Numbered from the stretch's first letter, positions 8,298 to 17,331 are shown. The stretch is 32,000 nucleotides of DNA from Candidatus Heimdallarchaeota archaeon B3_Heim (GCA_003144275.1 NJBF01000002.1:90001-122000); one strand, 5' to 3'. Made by a program: numbers and translations. Notes: a model not told the origin generated them from the letters alone.

Positions 8298-9329
8298 TTA
8301 TTCCTCATTGATATAATCGGGAAGTGCTTGTTTTACATGCTTCATTCGCTCTGATAACTTCTCGTCAGAGGTAGTTAGGATATGATCCATCAAATATCCC
8401 ATTTCAATTTCAAATTCCTCTTTCAATCCTTGATAAGTCTCTGAATAGAGTGTTAGTTCCAATTCAGGCAAAGTAGCCACGTAAAAATCGCCATCGAAGT
8501 CAAGATCTAGTTCAACTGGTTTACTTAGAAAGGGAAATTCGCTGGGTAACATATTAGTAGTCTCTAATATGTCTAAATCTTGAATACTTACGGCAACTCT
8601 CTGTTTTTTGTGTTTTTCAAAAATTCCCTCAATATAAACTGGTTTTTTCACATTGGTAATGACTTTTTCCTCTAATTCATCATCCAAAGAGCATCTTACA
8701 CCCGTGGAACCTACTTCTTGGATATAAAAATATGGTGACGGACCATCAATTCGAAGTCTGGTAATCACACCTACCAACCGTTGAGAAATTTGCTTTAATT
8801 CGGCATTCAACCATCTGGGAATTCTTGGTTGAAACGAAATATCCAATCTCTCTTTGTAGATAAGTTCTTGTTGATATTTTGCTTTATAATCTACTCTCAC
8901 CTCTTTTGTTGGCCAGAGAGTCTTTAAATTCCCTAAGATACGTATTCGTTGATCTCTATCAGGGTAAGTATCAACTATTTTTTGAACTCCGTCCTCTTCT
9001 TTCTCAAATTTCACAGCATTAATCGTTTCAAAGAATTTAGTGACAACTGGTTCCATATAAGGACGTCCCTCCAAAGTCATTTGAGCAGAAGTTCTTAATT
9101 TACAAACAGCAGATCCACCTTTGAATTCAGTAAAAACCAATTGTAAATTTCTCTTATACTCGTCTTGTTTTATTTTAGCCCTCGGTTTACGTAGAACTGT
9201 TTGAGCTACGTTATGAAATAAATGTTGAGTTCTGACAAGAAATTTCCCCAGAACCTCGGCAGGAATCTCTTTCACTCCAATATTTTCCCCAGCAATTTCC
9301 ATCCAAATTTCATACAATAAACAACCCAC
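8298..9329 (-). CDS. Extended antitoxin: N-terminal domain + OB-fold-like region + C-terminal HicB-like domain
   Basis: C-terminal DGDFYVATLPELELTLYSETYQGLKEEFE resembles the HicB partial RNase H fold. GTG start with AAGGAG RBS. Two bp from the HicA-like gene. Confidence 0.6.
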   Translation of the reverse strand: MGCLLYEIWMEIAGENIGVKEIPAEVLGKFLVRTQHLFHNVAQTVLRKPRAKIKQDEYKRNLQLVFTEFKGGSAVCKLRTSAQMTLEGRPYMEPVVTKFFETINAVKFEKEEDGVQKIVDTYPDRDQRIRILGNLKTLWPTKEVRVDYKAKYQQELIYKERLDISFQPRIPRWLNAELKQISQRLVGVITRLRIDGPSPYFYIQEVGSTGVRCSLDDELEEKVITNVKKPVYIEGIFEKHKKQRVAVSIQDLDILETTNMLPSEFPFLSKPVELDLDFDGDFYVATLPELELTLYSETYQGLKEEFEIEMGYLMDHILTTSDEKLSERMKHVKQALPDYINEE

Positions 9330-9929
9330 CAGTCTCCTTTATTTCTCCGGTAATCTCCTTGAAAAAACCCTAATTTCTGGCCTCTTTTTAATAGTTCGTT
9401 TTGGAGCAGAAATTGCTACTCAAAAATGAGTAATTAGGAGGAAAATGTTTCTTTCCAGCAAAACATCGGTTTACTGGCATTTTACGACTTTTGAAGTATT
9501 AAACCAAAACCCACTCTTGAAGTATTACTGCAAAACTTATCCCTCGGATGAAATCATTTCAAAGAAATTACTCCCCCAGGATACTAACCGTTTTTGAAAT
9601 AGAGTCTTCTCCTGCTTTTTTGAAAATTATAAAATCTAGTACTATGACAAATGTATAGTTCCTGGAAATGACAGGCGGAGGAGGTATTTCTCTAAATTCC
9701 CTGAAAGAAAATTTTTAGACGCTTCTTGTGCAGTATCCCTTCAATCCTTCTTACTTTTCTCTGTTAAATTAGTAGTTCAATATTTCATCTCAATGGAAGA
9801 GAACCAGCACTTCTACGAACGAAAAAAACGATTTTATTACTCTGACGAAATGCTTGCTCAATTCAGAGGAACTGAACATGATCAGACAATACTTAATCTC
9901 CTCTGTTATTTCTTCTAAACTCTCCCTCT

Positions 9930-10040
9930 ATGGGAATAAATACCCGAGAAAAACTTACAGGAAATGGTGCTGCGCAAGAATACTCTTTGGGCGCTTTTAT
10001 TGAGTATTGTAAACAGCTCCTTTCTCAGAAGGAAAAATAA
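9930..10040 (+). other. 36-codon ORF or gene remnant containing dispersed repeat A (SLGAFIEYCKQL)
   Basis: Nucleotides about 9984-10025 match about 22784-22826; the aligned reading is SLxAFIEYCKQL in both copies. Confidence 0.4.
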
Positions 10041-10085
10041 ATAGAAATTACTGTGTTTTTAATTTAATAAGAGATTTTTGTCTTT

Positions 10086-10934
10086 CTATTTTATTTCTTC
10101 TTGAACTTGATTGCTGTTTCGATCTATGAGATACACTAGGCCCAATAGAAATCCAAATAGTGCCCCAAATATATGGGCAAGTAGTGGATGCCCTCTTGAC
10201 AAAGGAAACGGTATTCCTACACCCTCAACGAACGCATAAAGATATGTAAGAGTATATGTAAACATCAAAAAATCCGCTACCAACCTTTCATAGAATATGA
10301 AAGAAGTAAATACAATTGCTACAGAATTTATTAACAAAAAAATCCAATTTTCTTTAAAAGTCTGTTTTAACAAATCAAGATTACGATGGTATAGATCACG
10401 TGCATTCCGAACTATAAAAAGAATGAAATAATACCCTGCTAGAACAAAACTAAAACCTGAAAGACCCATAATAGCATTTGAAGCCCCACCACCTCCCGTG
10501 GAAAACAAATGAAAATCTCCTATAATAATAACACCCTGTGCAGTCGCCCAAGTTACATAACGTTCTGTGAGGGTAGCATTCATGAAACTCACAAAGATCC
10601 CCAGAAAAATACTCGTTAAAATTCCAGAAAGTAAAAACACGATTACCATGTTTTTCCGTGATGTTTGAATGCTCACTATATAACCAAAAACTATTATTCC
10701 AGTAGTATTATTCAAAATGTGGTAACCTTGATCATCCAAATCATGGATCCACATGTTTGTGAAAAACCCGAAAGGATTATCGGATTTATGCTCTAATAGG
10801 TCATAAATGGGAGGGCAAAATAGAATCAAAAAATAAACAACCCATATAATCACAACAATCGCAACGATTGCTGGAAAAGGACGTAATAGAGGATTTTTCT
10901 TCAAATACTCCATAATGTTTTTTCTTCTATTCAT
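10086..10934 (-). CDS. Rhomboid-family intramembrane serine protease
   Basis: Multi-TM. FTNMWIH...HILNN motif, GASNA (GxSx catalytic Ser) and AHIFGALFG (catalytic His). Confidence 0.85.
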   Translation of the reverse strand: MNRRKNIMEYLKKNPLLRPFPAIVAIVVIIWVVYFLILFCPPIYDLLEHKSDNPFGFFTNMWIHDLDDQGYHILNNTTGIIVFGYIVSIQTSRKNMVIVFLLSGILTSIFLGIFVSFMNATLTERYVTWATAQGVIIIGDFHLFSTGGGGASNAIMGLSGFSFVLAGYYFILFIVRNARDLYHRNLDLLKQTFKENWIFLLINSVAIVFTSFIFYERLVADFLMFTYTLTYLYAFVEGVGIPFPLSRGHPLLAHIFGALFGFLLGLVYLIDRNSNQVQEEIK

Positions 10935-10981
10935 AATGATAATCCATTCAATGAGGGTGCCTTTTGAATTGTTCGTGAGAG

Positions 10982-11034
10982 GACATCGAGAAACAATGCA
11001 ATAAACAGAATGACTTCATAGGGAGGCATTCTCT
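10982..11034 (+). repeat. Dispersed repeat C, copy 2
   Basis: GACATCGAGAAACAA-tgc-AATAAACAGAATG, then hairpin AGAATG-a-CTTC-atag-GGAG-g-CATTCT. Confidence 0.8.
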
Positions 11035-11316
11035 TCATCCTTTTTTGCGACAAATAATAAAAACCGATAATTTACGAAAAAGCCCTCCTCTCTCATCAGG
11101 TTCTTTAGCATAAGTCTGAATAGTTGAGGTCACTTCATGACCCAATTTCAATTTCTCAAATTCACTTTCAGTTAATTCTAGTGTAATATTACTTTTTAAC
11201 ATTTAAATCACAATTAAGTAAGAAATAATTGAGTTTAAAGCTTTTACTGTTAGGAGCTTCCTTGTAGTAGCTTTAAAATATTGACTTTTTACCAGGATCT
11301 CAAAAAAAACTTCCCA

Positions 11317-11589
11317 CTATGTAACTATAATATAAATTAAAAATTGCTGGACCAAGACCTGGAGAACTTTTCGCTCCCTGGGAGTGATAAACTTTGAACA
11401 GATACATAAACTCCCAACATATCCTTTATGAAAACTGCAATAAACAGAAAAACGGCCAATAGGAGGATCCTTATTTTTATGATCTGCATACTTACAAAGC
11501 CAGCAAAGATCCACATACCGATAATGGTAGTCCTTTTTCAACATCTTTGTAAAAGCATTTTTTTCTTCCAACCTAAGGACTCTTTTCAA
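11317..11589 (-). CDS. Small Cys/His-rich putative Zn-binding protein
   Basis: CWLC...YCSFH...CICSKF pattern. Confidence 0.55.
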   Translation of the reverse strand: MKRVLRLEEKNAFTKMLKKDYHYRYVDLCWLCKYADHKNKDPPIGRFSVYCSFHKGYVGSLCICSKFITPRERKVLQVLVQQFLIYIIVT

Positions 11590-11704
11590 ACAAAAATAAG
11601 AATTTTTTTTAGCCTTGTTTTTTTATCCTAAGGATGGTTTTACTTCGCTATATTTTAATATCTCTTTTTCTACTATAAGATTGCAATTTTAATGAGGAAT
11701 CCAA

Positions 11705-13090
11705 ATGGGGAAAAATCCTTCAAATAATGAGAAAAAGGAAATATTCAGTTTAAAATCTATATTTCCTCAAGCCCACGAGGTATTTTCAATAAATCTTGAA
11801 TCACTTGATAAGCTAAAAGATAGTTGTCTTTTTGTGTTGGATACAAATGCTTTACTTGTCCCTTATAAGATTAAACAAGAGAGCTTGGATCAAATTGAAC
11901 AAACTTTTAGATGTCTAATCGATGCAAACCGACTTATTATTCCAGGGAGAGTAGCTAGAGAATTTGCGATACATCGACCCAAACAGATCTGTGAAATTTT
12001 TCATCATTTAAGTCAAAGAAAGAAGACTCAAAAACTTAAAATAGGAACCTATCCGTTGCTGGAATCTCTTGAAAATTATGATAAATTAAAGAGTATTCAA
12101 AAGGAAATTAATCAGAATATTAGTGAATATAGAAAAACAATCTCTTTATTGCTTTCTCAAATCCAAGGATGGACCTGGAATGATCCTGTCAGTCTGATTT
12201 ATAATCAAATTTTTTCAAAAGAAGTCATAGAAGACCCTGAATTCGATCCCAAAAAGATTGAAGAAGATTTAAAGCGAAGAATTCAACACAGGATTCCTCC
12301 TGGATATAAAGACTCTTCCAAACCAGATAAAGGTGTGGGTGATTTACTTATATGGTATACGATTCTTGAAATTGGAAAACGAGAGAAGAAAAATGTTGTC
12401 TTCGTTTCTGGTGATGTCAAGGCTGATTGGTGGCATCAAAGTGATAATAATCCTATTTATCCCAGATATGAACTTGTAGAGGAGTTTAGAAACCATTCTG
12501 GCGGATTTAATTTTCATATTGTCCAATTTTCAGAGTTTTTAGACCTAGTTGGAGTACCTGGTAAGGTGATTGATGAAGTAAGAAGAGCAGAAATTACAGT
12601 TTCAGGAATCGCAGTTTCAGATTTAGCAATTATGAAAACCGTTGAAGGTATGAAAGCTGAAGAATCTGTCTACAGATGGTATAATAAAAAAATTTCAGAT
12701 GCAAGATCAATAATATCTGATATTCCACCATTTAGTTTCATTATAGAGCACTCTGATGGTTATATAGAGGGAGTAATTGTGAAATACCTGAATGCCACTA
12801 TAACTGCAAGTTTGAATCTTCAAGATGTTATAGAAAAGATATTTTTAAATTTTATATCACTGGATACGTCTATTGCGAACAGATATACCTTGATATTCAC
12901 TACCAGCAGTGAAGAAGACATAAAAAGAGTTCACTTCCTCTTTAAAAGTTTAAAATCGGAAAAAACACAGAAAGAAGAATATGCTGAATGGTTGAGATGG
13001 CCAAGTATCTCACCCAGATTTTCTTTTATATTTGGTGTTAGAGATGAGGATTCCAATTTTTATCCCCATTTTGATGATTCTTACGATTAA
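11705..13090 (+). CDS. PIN-like domain ribonuclease (DUF4935/PIN_8-like) with C-terminal extension
   Basis: FVLDTNALL, VAREF, PPGYKD...GDLLIWYTIL and FVSGDVKADWW motifs. Confidence 0.82.
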   Translation: MGKNPSNNEKKEIFSLKSIFPQAHEVFSINLESLDKLKDSCLFVLDTNALLVPYKIKQESLDQIEQTFRCLIDANRLIIPGRVAREFAIHRPKQICEIFHHLSQRKKTQKLKIGTYPLLESLENYDKLKSIQKEINQNISEYRKTISLLLSQIQGWTWNDPVSLIYNQIFSKEVIEDPEFDPKKIEEDLKRRIQHRIPPGYKDSSKPDKGVGDLLIWYTILEIGKREKKNVVFVSGDVKADWWHQSDNNPIYPRYELVEEFRNHSGGFNFHIVQFSEFLDLVGVPGKVIDEVRRAEITVSGIAVSDLAIMKTVEGMKAEESVYRWYNKKISDARSIISDIPPFSFIIEHSDGYIEGVIVKYLNATITASLNLQDVIEKIFLNFISLDTSIANRYTLIFTTSSEEDIKRVHFLFKSLKSEKTQKEEYAEWLRWPSISPRFSFIFGVRDEDSNFYPHFDDSYD

Positions 13091-13114
13091 TATAAAGTCT
13101 TAAATTGATAAATT

Positions 13115-13137
13115 TTTTATCTACCTTTTAGATAAAA
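13115..13137. terminator. Hairpin downstream of PIN gene, possible terminator
   Basis: TTTTATCTA-ccttt-TAGATAAAA, 25 bp after the stop. Confidence 0.4.
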
Positions 13138-13667
13138 GATAATCTCGTCATTCTCACCCCAATTGCTTGATACAAAGGATATTTCTACTCCCAAACTTAA
13201 AAAGTTTTTCTTTAAAGAATCCCACAAGAATTATTAGCTGAATTGATAAAAATAATAGAGTTTTAAATAATAATGGAACGATTAATAATAGTATTCGATC
13301 TTTTTCTGCTGTGGACATATTTAGATCAAGCCACAAGTAATTTCTGCTCCCCTTTTTCAAAGATTTCAATCTGTTTTTCCAGTGCTTCCCGTATAAACCC
13401 CGACCAGTTCATAAACTGATAGTTTTGCATCTTTGCTAGCAGTTCCTCAGACACTCGTGTTGAGACCTGTCGATTCATCATTCACACGTCTGAGAGGTTC
13501 AGATCTAGTCTGCTATAAATGTGTATCGTTTACCAGCTTTTACAGGCATCATCATTTATTTTATGGTAAGAAATGTCATTTACCAGTAAAAACTCCCAGA
13601 ATAACGACTATGGTTTAAAAAGACTCGTTCTCTATGCCCTGTGTCTATCTAAAGAATTTTCCATGAA

Positions 13668-15194
13668 ATGGAAGTCAAAAGAATGGGTCTATTAAAGAAA
13701 TTTCGGGAATTCTCCGCGAAAACCAACTTTTCTCGGACGAATTTTCCCAAAGTCAAGAAGGCATTTGCCTTCCTACTGTTCTTGGTTTTTGCAGTCCAAA
13801 TCGTAGCCTTTGGCTCTTTTTTTACGCTTAATCTGACAACAAACCAAGCATTTGCTGTAAAATACGAGGAAACTGATATTCAGCAGTTCCTCGATAGTGA
13901 CATACGTAACGTAACCGTGATTCTTGCTGATGCGAGCGCGGTTGGTAGTGGTGCTAGGATAAGTAGTCCAATGACACTAACCCTCGACCGAATTGCCATA
14001 CGGGCGTCTACGCTGCCGTACCACCCGAAAGCATTTCCTACCTCATCCAGAATGTTACACAATATCTTCCCTACCTCCGAGTCCATTGCTCGTTTCGCGA
14101 CTCTTCGGTCCTCCCTTGGAGGGGGTGGCGCATCATTTCAGTCAATTGAAAGTATTAAAAGTATTGATGCCGTAAATGCGTTACTCAGTCTTGCGGAAGA
14201 TACAAACGCTACTTCAGAATCAGTTGGCGAAAACACCGTTAGTGATGAGAAATTTGCGGTAGAAGACCTTAAAGCTGAGACCGAATACAATATTAATACT
14301 ACTGCAGTGGTGACGGATCTAACCAGCCAAATCGGCTATCTTGAAAATCAATCGGTTGAATCCGCATATCAAGACTATGCGAGTTTCCTCTATTCGAATG
14401 ATAGTGTCGATGCGATTGCAGGGTCTGAAGCGGATGAAGAAAAAAATCATGATCTCTTGATTTCAGGATTTGACAACACAGAAGACGCGGTTTTAAGTAT
14501 TTTGAAGTCGAATATCGCTGCTGATTATTCCACGGCTTCAAATATCTTGACAGCCGATGACGTAACGGTTGTGGATTATGCGGTCCATCATGCCAATATG
14601 ACGAATTATCTTTCGTCCGCCCTCGTAGAAAAAGTGCGTGACGCCGTGACAGACTATGAAGACAGTCTTGAAGCGAATATCGCAGCCACAATTTTCGGTT
14701 TTAAAATCTACACTGCCAAAGCGGCTACCACTGCAGGGATTCTTGCGGGTTTTCGCTCTGCCGTGGGTCGAGTGATTAGCTTTGGTCAAGCGGTAGTCAG
14801 TACTCCTCTGCGAGAGGTCAAAAAAATCGGTGGGAGTATTAAACGCACCGTCACATCATACGCATCTAAGGTTGGTGAAGCTGGATCCAGCGCACTCAAC
14901 ATTGGAAAAGGGTTTCTAACGTCCGCTCTTTCGAAGCTGGGTTCAATTAGTAAGTCAATTGGCGATAAAGTGGGCAGTTTCGCTCAAAACGTTAAGGTGG
15001 GCGTCACTGGTGCTGTCAAAGGAGTCAAAGGCTTTGTATCCAAAAGTTTCAATGCTGTCCTAGGCTCTGTAAAAAGCCTGTTCAGTTTCATTCCGATGCT
15101 AATTCTGCTGATGGTAGGTGGAGTAGGCGCGGTGCTAGTTGTAATATTCCTTATGAACCGTAAACGTGCCCCTCCTGAGGTAATGCCCTACTAG
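13668..15194 (+). CDS. Type I membrane glycoprotein with 11-mer amphipathic repeats; candidate envelope/spike protein
   Basis: Signal-like N-terminus ending AFA; many N-x-S/T sequons (NLT, NVT, NAT, NTT, NQS, NDS, NMT); Gly/Lys-rich 11-residue repeats; C-terminal TM + RKRAPP tail. Confidence 0.7.
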   Translation: MEVKRMGLLKKFREFSAKTNFSRTNFPKVKKAFAFLLFLVFAVQIVAFGSFFTLNLTTNQAFAVKYEETDIQQFLDSDIRNVTVILADASAVGSGARISSPMTLTLDRIAIRASTLPYHPKAFPTSSRMLHNIFPTSESIARFATLRSSLGGGGASFQSIESIKSIDAVNALLSLAEDTNATSESVGENTVSDEKFAVEDLKAETEYNINTTAVVTDLTSQIGYLENQSVESAYQDYASFLYSNDSVDAIAGSEADEEKNHDLLISGFDNTEDAVLSILKSNIAADYSTASNILTADDVTVVDYAVHHANMTNYLSSALVEKVRDAVTDYEDSLEANIAATIFGFKIYTAKAATTAGILAGFRSAVGRVISFGQAVVSTPLREVKKIGGSIKRTVTSYASKVGEAGSSALNIGKGFLTSALSKLGSISKSIGDKVGSFAQNVKVGVTGAVKGVKGFVSKSFNAVLGSVKSLFSFIPMLILLMVGGVGAVLVVIFLMNRKRAPPEVMPY

Positions 15195-15221
15195 CTTCAG
15201 ATCCTGGAGATGTGAAAAAAA

Positions 15222-16124
15222 ATGCAAAATACTACACTCCGAAAAAGAAGAAGTCTGACAGTTTTTCCTGTCGTTTTTCTCTTTTTTCTCTCGGTTCTGG
15301 TGCCTGTGCTCGCGTCCCCCTATACTGCGGAAATCACCACGCTCACCCCCACTATTGATACCTCGACCTCTTCAACCTATGAAAAAACCATTGGCGTGAA
15401 GCTGATCTGGCGGATCAATTACGATAAAAGCCTCGAGAATTTTTCCACTATTTACAGCTATGTTTACTGCAAAGTGTCAGGCAAAAGCCCTATTTTAGCG
15501 GCGAGTCAAGTGACGGAAGGTGGATCTACTTATTGGTATACCAATTATACCTCGATTACCGAGACCCTGACATTAAATATCGATGAAGACTCGGTGGCTG
15601 GGCAAGATCTTTCTTCCGATGTGAAGATTGCGATCTATGCCGAACTCTACAATAATTCGATATCCGCGGCTAATAAGCTAACTTCCAAGACCGCATCGAT
15701 TTCCTATGGCAGTTTAGTGGGAGAAGAAGCCGCTGAGACCGCTGACAGGGGTCTCTGGGATTATGCGCTTTTAATCCTCATGGGTCTCGGCGCATTCGTA
15801 GTGCTCGTGTTTATCATCCTGGCTGGACAGCGGTATGTCATACCATGGCTAGGCTTAAGTTCCCCTCCCCGTAATACGTTAGATTATGGGGATCGAACAA
15901 AATGGGCTGAGCGGTATGGCCCTCGTGACAAAGAAGTTCTACAGGGTAAAAAGAAAGCTGGACAGTTCAAAGACATCGTTGATCCAGGACGCTCTCGGCG
16001 TATAGACCAGAGACAAACGCATCTTCACGGGAGAAAACCAGGGCAACTGCGACGATCACCTTCGAATCCCCGCAAAAAGATTCCTGACGCGGACCGACGT
16101 CCTCCGAAAGGGAAAAAGTGGTAA
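15222..16124 (+). CDS. Type I membrane protein: signal peptide, beta-rich ectodomain, TM, very basic cytoplasmic tail
   Basis: Hydrophobic leader ending VLA-S; Thr/Tyr-rich ectodomain with sequons NFS, NYT, NNS; TM ALLILMGLGAFVVLVFIILAG; R/K-rich tail. Confidence 0.75.
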   Translation: MQNTTLRKRRSLTVFPVVFLFFLSVLVPVLASPYTAEITTLTPTIDTSTSSTYEKTIGVKLIWRINYDKSLENFSTIYSYVYCKVSGKSPILAASQVTEGGSTYWYTNYTSITETLTLNIDEDSVAGQDLSSDVKIAIYAELYNNSISAANKLTSKTASISYGSLVGEEAAETADRGLWDYALLILMGLGAFVVLVFIILAGQRYVIPWLGLSSPPRNTLDYGDRTKWAERYGPRDKEVLQGKKKAGQFKDIVDPGRSRRIDQRQTHLHGRKPGQLRRSPSNPRKKIPDADRRPPKGKKW

Positions 16125-16127
16125 TTA

Positions 16128-16161
16128 TCTCCCTTTTTTCTTTTTCCCTCTTTATTTCCCA
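16128..16161 (+). terminator. Pyrimidine/oligo-T tract, archaeal-type terminator
   Basis: ATCTCCCTTTTTTCTTTTTCCCTCTTTATTTCCC directly after the stop at 16124. Confidence 0.45.
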
Positions 16162-16183
16162 TTATTGGAGGTCTGTCTAAGCC

Positions 16184-16615
16184 ATGTTTGAGTCTTTCAA
16201 AGAAAAAGTGCTTTCTGTTCCCAGAGGTGCTATGCTAGTGCCTAAACGCTTGTATAAGACCCTCATTACCTCAAAAGGAATTCTGACTACCGAGCGCGGC
16301 AAAGTGAACATTCACAAGAAAGAAGCGTTTTTTACACGCGAAGAAATCCTCAAAATGGAATCTAGAGCTCAAAGATTCCATGAACGAATTCAATCCGATC
16401 AAGTGGGTCTTCCTATTACTTTTGAAGAATTTGAACGCCTAGAAAGACGATCTGAATGGGATGAACTGCGGACCAAAAAAAAGAGTGGGACCCGGGTCAC
16501 TCTCTTAGCCACGGGATCCGAAGTGAAACGAGGTCTGAAACGGTCTGGTGTGATTCCTGGCTCCCGAAGGAAATCATTGAAACCTCCTCCTACTCAACTC
16601 AAACTGACTGACTGA
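16184..16615 (+). CDS. Basic hypothetical protein (143 aa), first gene of effector-like array
   Basis: GGAGG RBS; N-terminal VLSVPR resembles the array motif. Confidence 0.7.
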   Translation: MFESFKEKVLSVPRGAMLVPKRLYKTLITSKGILTTERGKVNIHKKEAFFTREEILKMESRAQRFHERIQSDQVGLPITFEEFERLERRSEWDELRTKKKSGTRVTLLATGSEVKRGLKRSGVIPGSRRKSLKPPPTQLKLTD

Positions 16616-16692
16616 ATTCTCTCTTACTGATCTGAGCTGTGGTCTCAAATCAAAGAAAAGAGACTAAATTTCACGAGAATGGATGCTGAATA

Positions 16693-17331
16693 ATGGTCGA
16701 GAACACAACTATCATTTTAGTATTAGCGATAGGAGGTCTTGTTCTCTTATATTTTCTTCTCTATATCCCTTTCACGCGAAAAGTCGCCTGGAAAAGTGTG
16801 GTCATTCCTGCTACGACCTTGAAAAACATGCGAAATAAACGGAAACAGCGGGCAGAGGTGGCGTATGTCTTCGATTTCAATCACCAACAAAACCGAGCTG
16901 AACGCATTCGCTTTCGCAGAGGCACTCGCGATTTTGTCATTCCCCGTGCTAATTGGGATGACGAAGTGATTTTTCATACGCATAATAAAGTCAGCAACCC
17001 TGTAGAGAATGTTCTGCGGGAACGACCTTCGGGAGGCGATCTTGTCCAACTCATCAGTTCGCCTCGCCTCCAAGATGGGCTGATTACCCCCTCAGGGCGG
17101 CTTCTCATCTATGAAGAAACCTCCCATACGGATCCTCGGAAAGTCAAACGGCTCGATCAAAAAGAGGTCGAGATTCAAAAACGGGTATTTCGGAAAGAAG
17201 TTACTCCCACAAAAGCGAGGGAAGTGAATAAACGTTTTTTGAGCGAAGTGAAGAAAGCGGGGATTCGAGTGCGTGAAGTCTCCCCGAATCAGGCATTGAA
17301 ATTGAGAACAGAGGTACGAGAACATGGTTGA
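16693..17331 (+). CDS. TM leader + JAB/MPN(JAMM)-type metalloenzyme domain
   Basis: E55, H95-x-H97 and P-S113-x2-D116 match the JAMM metal-binding set, with an elongated loop. N-terminal TM helix. Confidence 0.7.
   Translation: MVENTTIILVLAIGGLVLLYFLLYIPFTRKVAWKSVVIPATTLKNMRNKRKQRAEVAYVFDFNHQQNRAERIRFRRGTRDFVIPRANWDDEVIFHTHNKVSNPVENVLRERPSGGDLVQLISSPRLQDGLITPSGRLLIYEETSHTDPRKVKRLDQKEVEIQKRVFRKEVTPTKAREVNKRFLSEVKKAGIRVREVSPNQALKLRTEVREHG

Noticed and set aside
9640-9918. About 92-codon open frame without a start, upstream of repeat A
   Set aside because: No initiation codon until the last 41 codons and no recognisable motif; at most a pseudogene fragment.
13445-13495. Possible long hairpin CTCAGAC...GTCTGAG upstream of the envelope operon
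   Set aside because: Pairing needs a bulge and there is only one copy; insufficient support for an ncRNA call.
13154-13618. ORFs 13154..13369 and 13433..13618
   Set aside because: Short, no clear RBS or motif; could be real but cannot be supported.
14700-15100. Tape-measure protein of a head-tail virus
   Set aside because: The protein is short, with a signal peptide, sequons and a C-terminal TM. No portal, HK97 capsid, terminase RNase H domain or tail genes were recognised.
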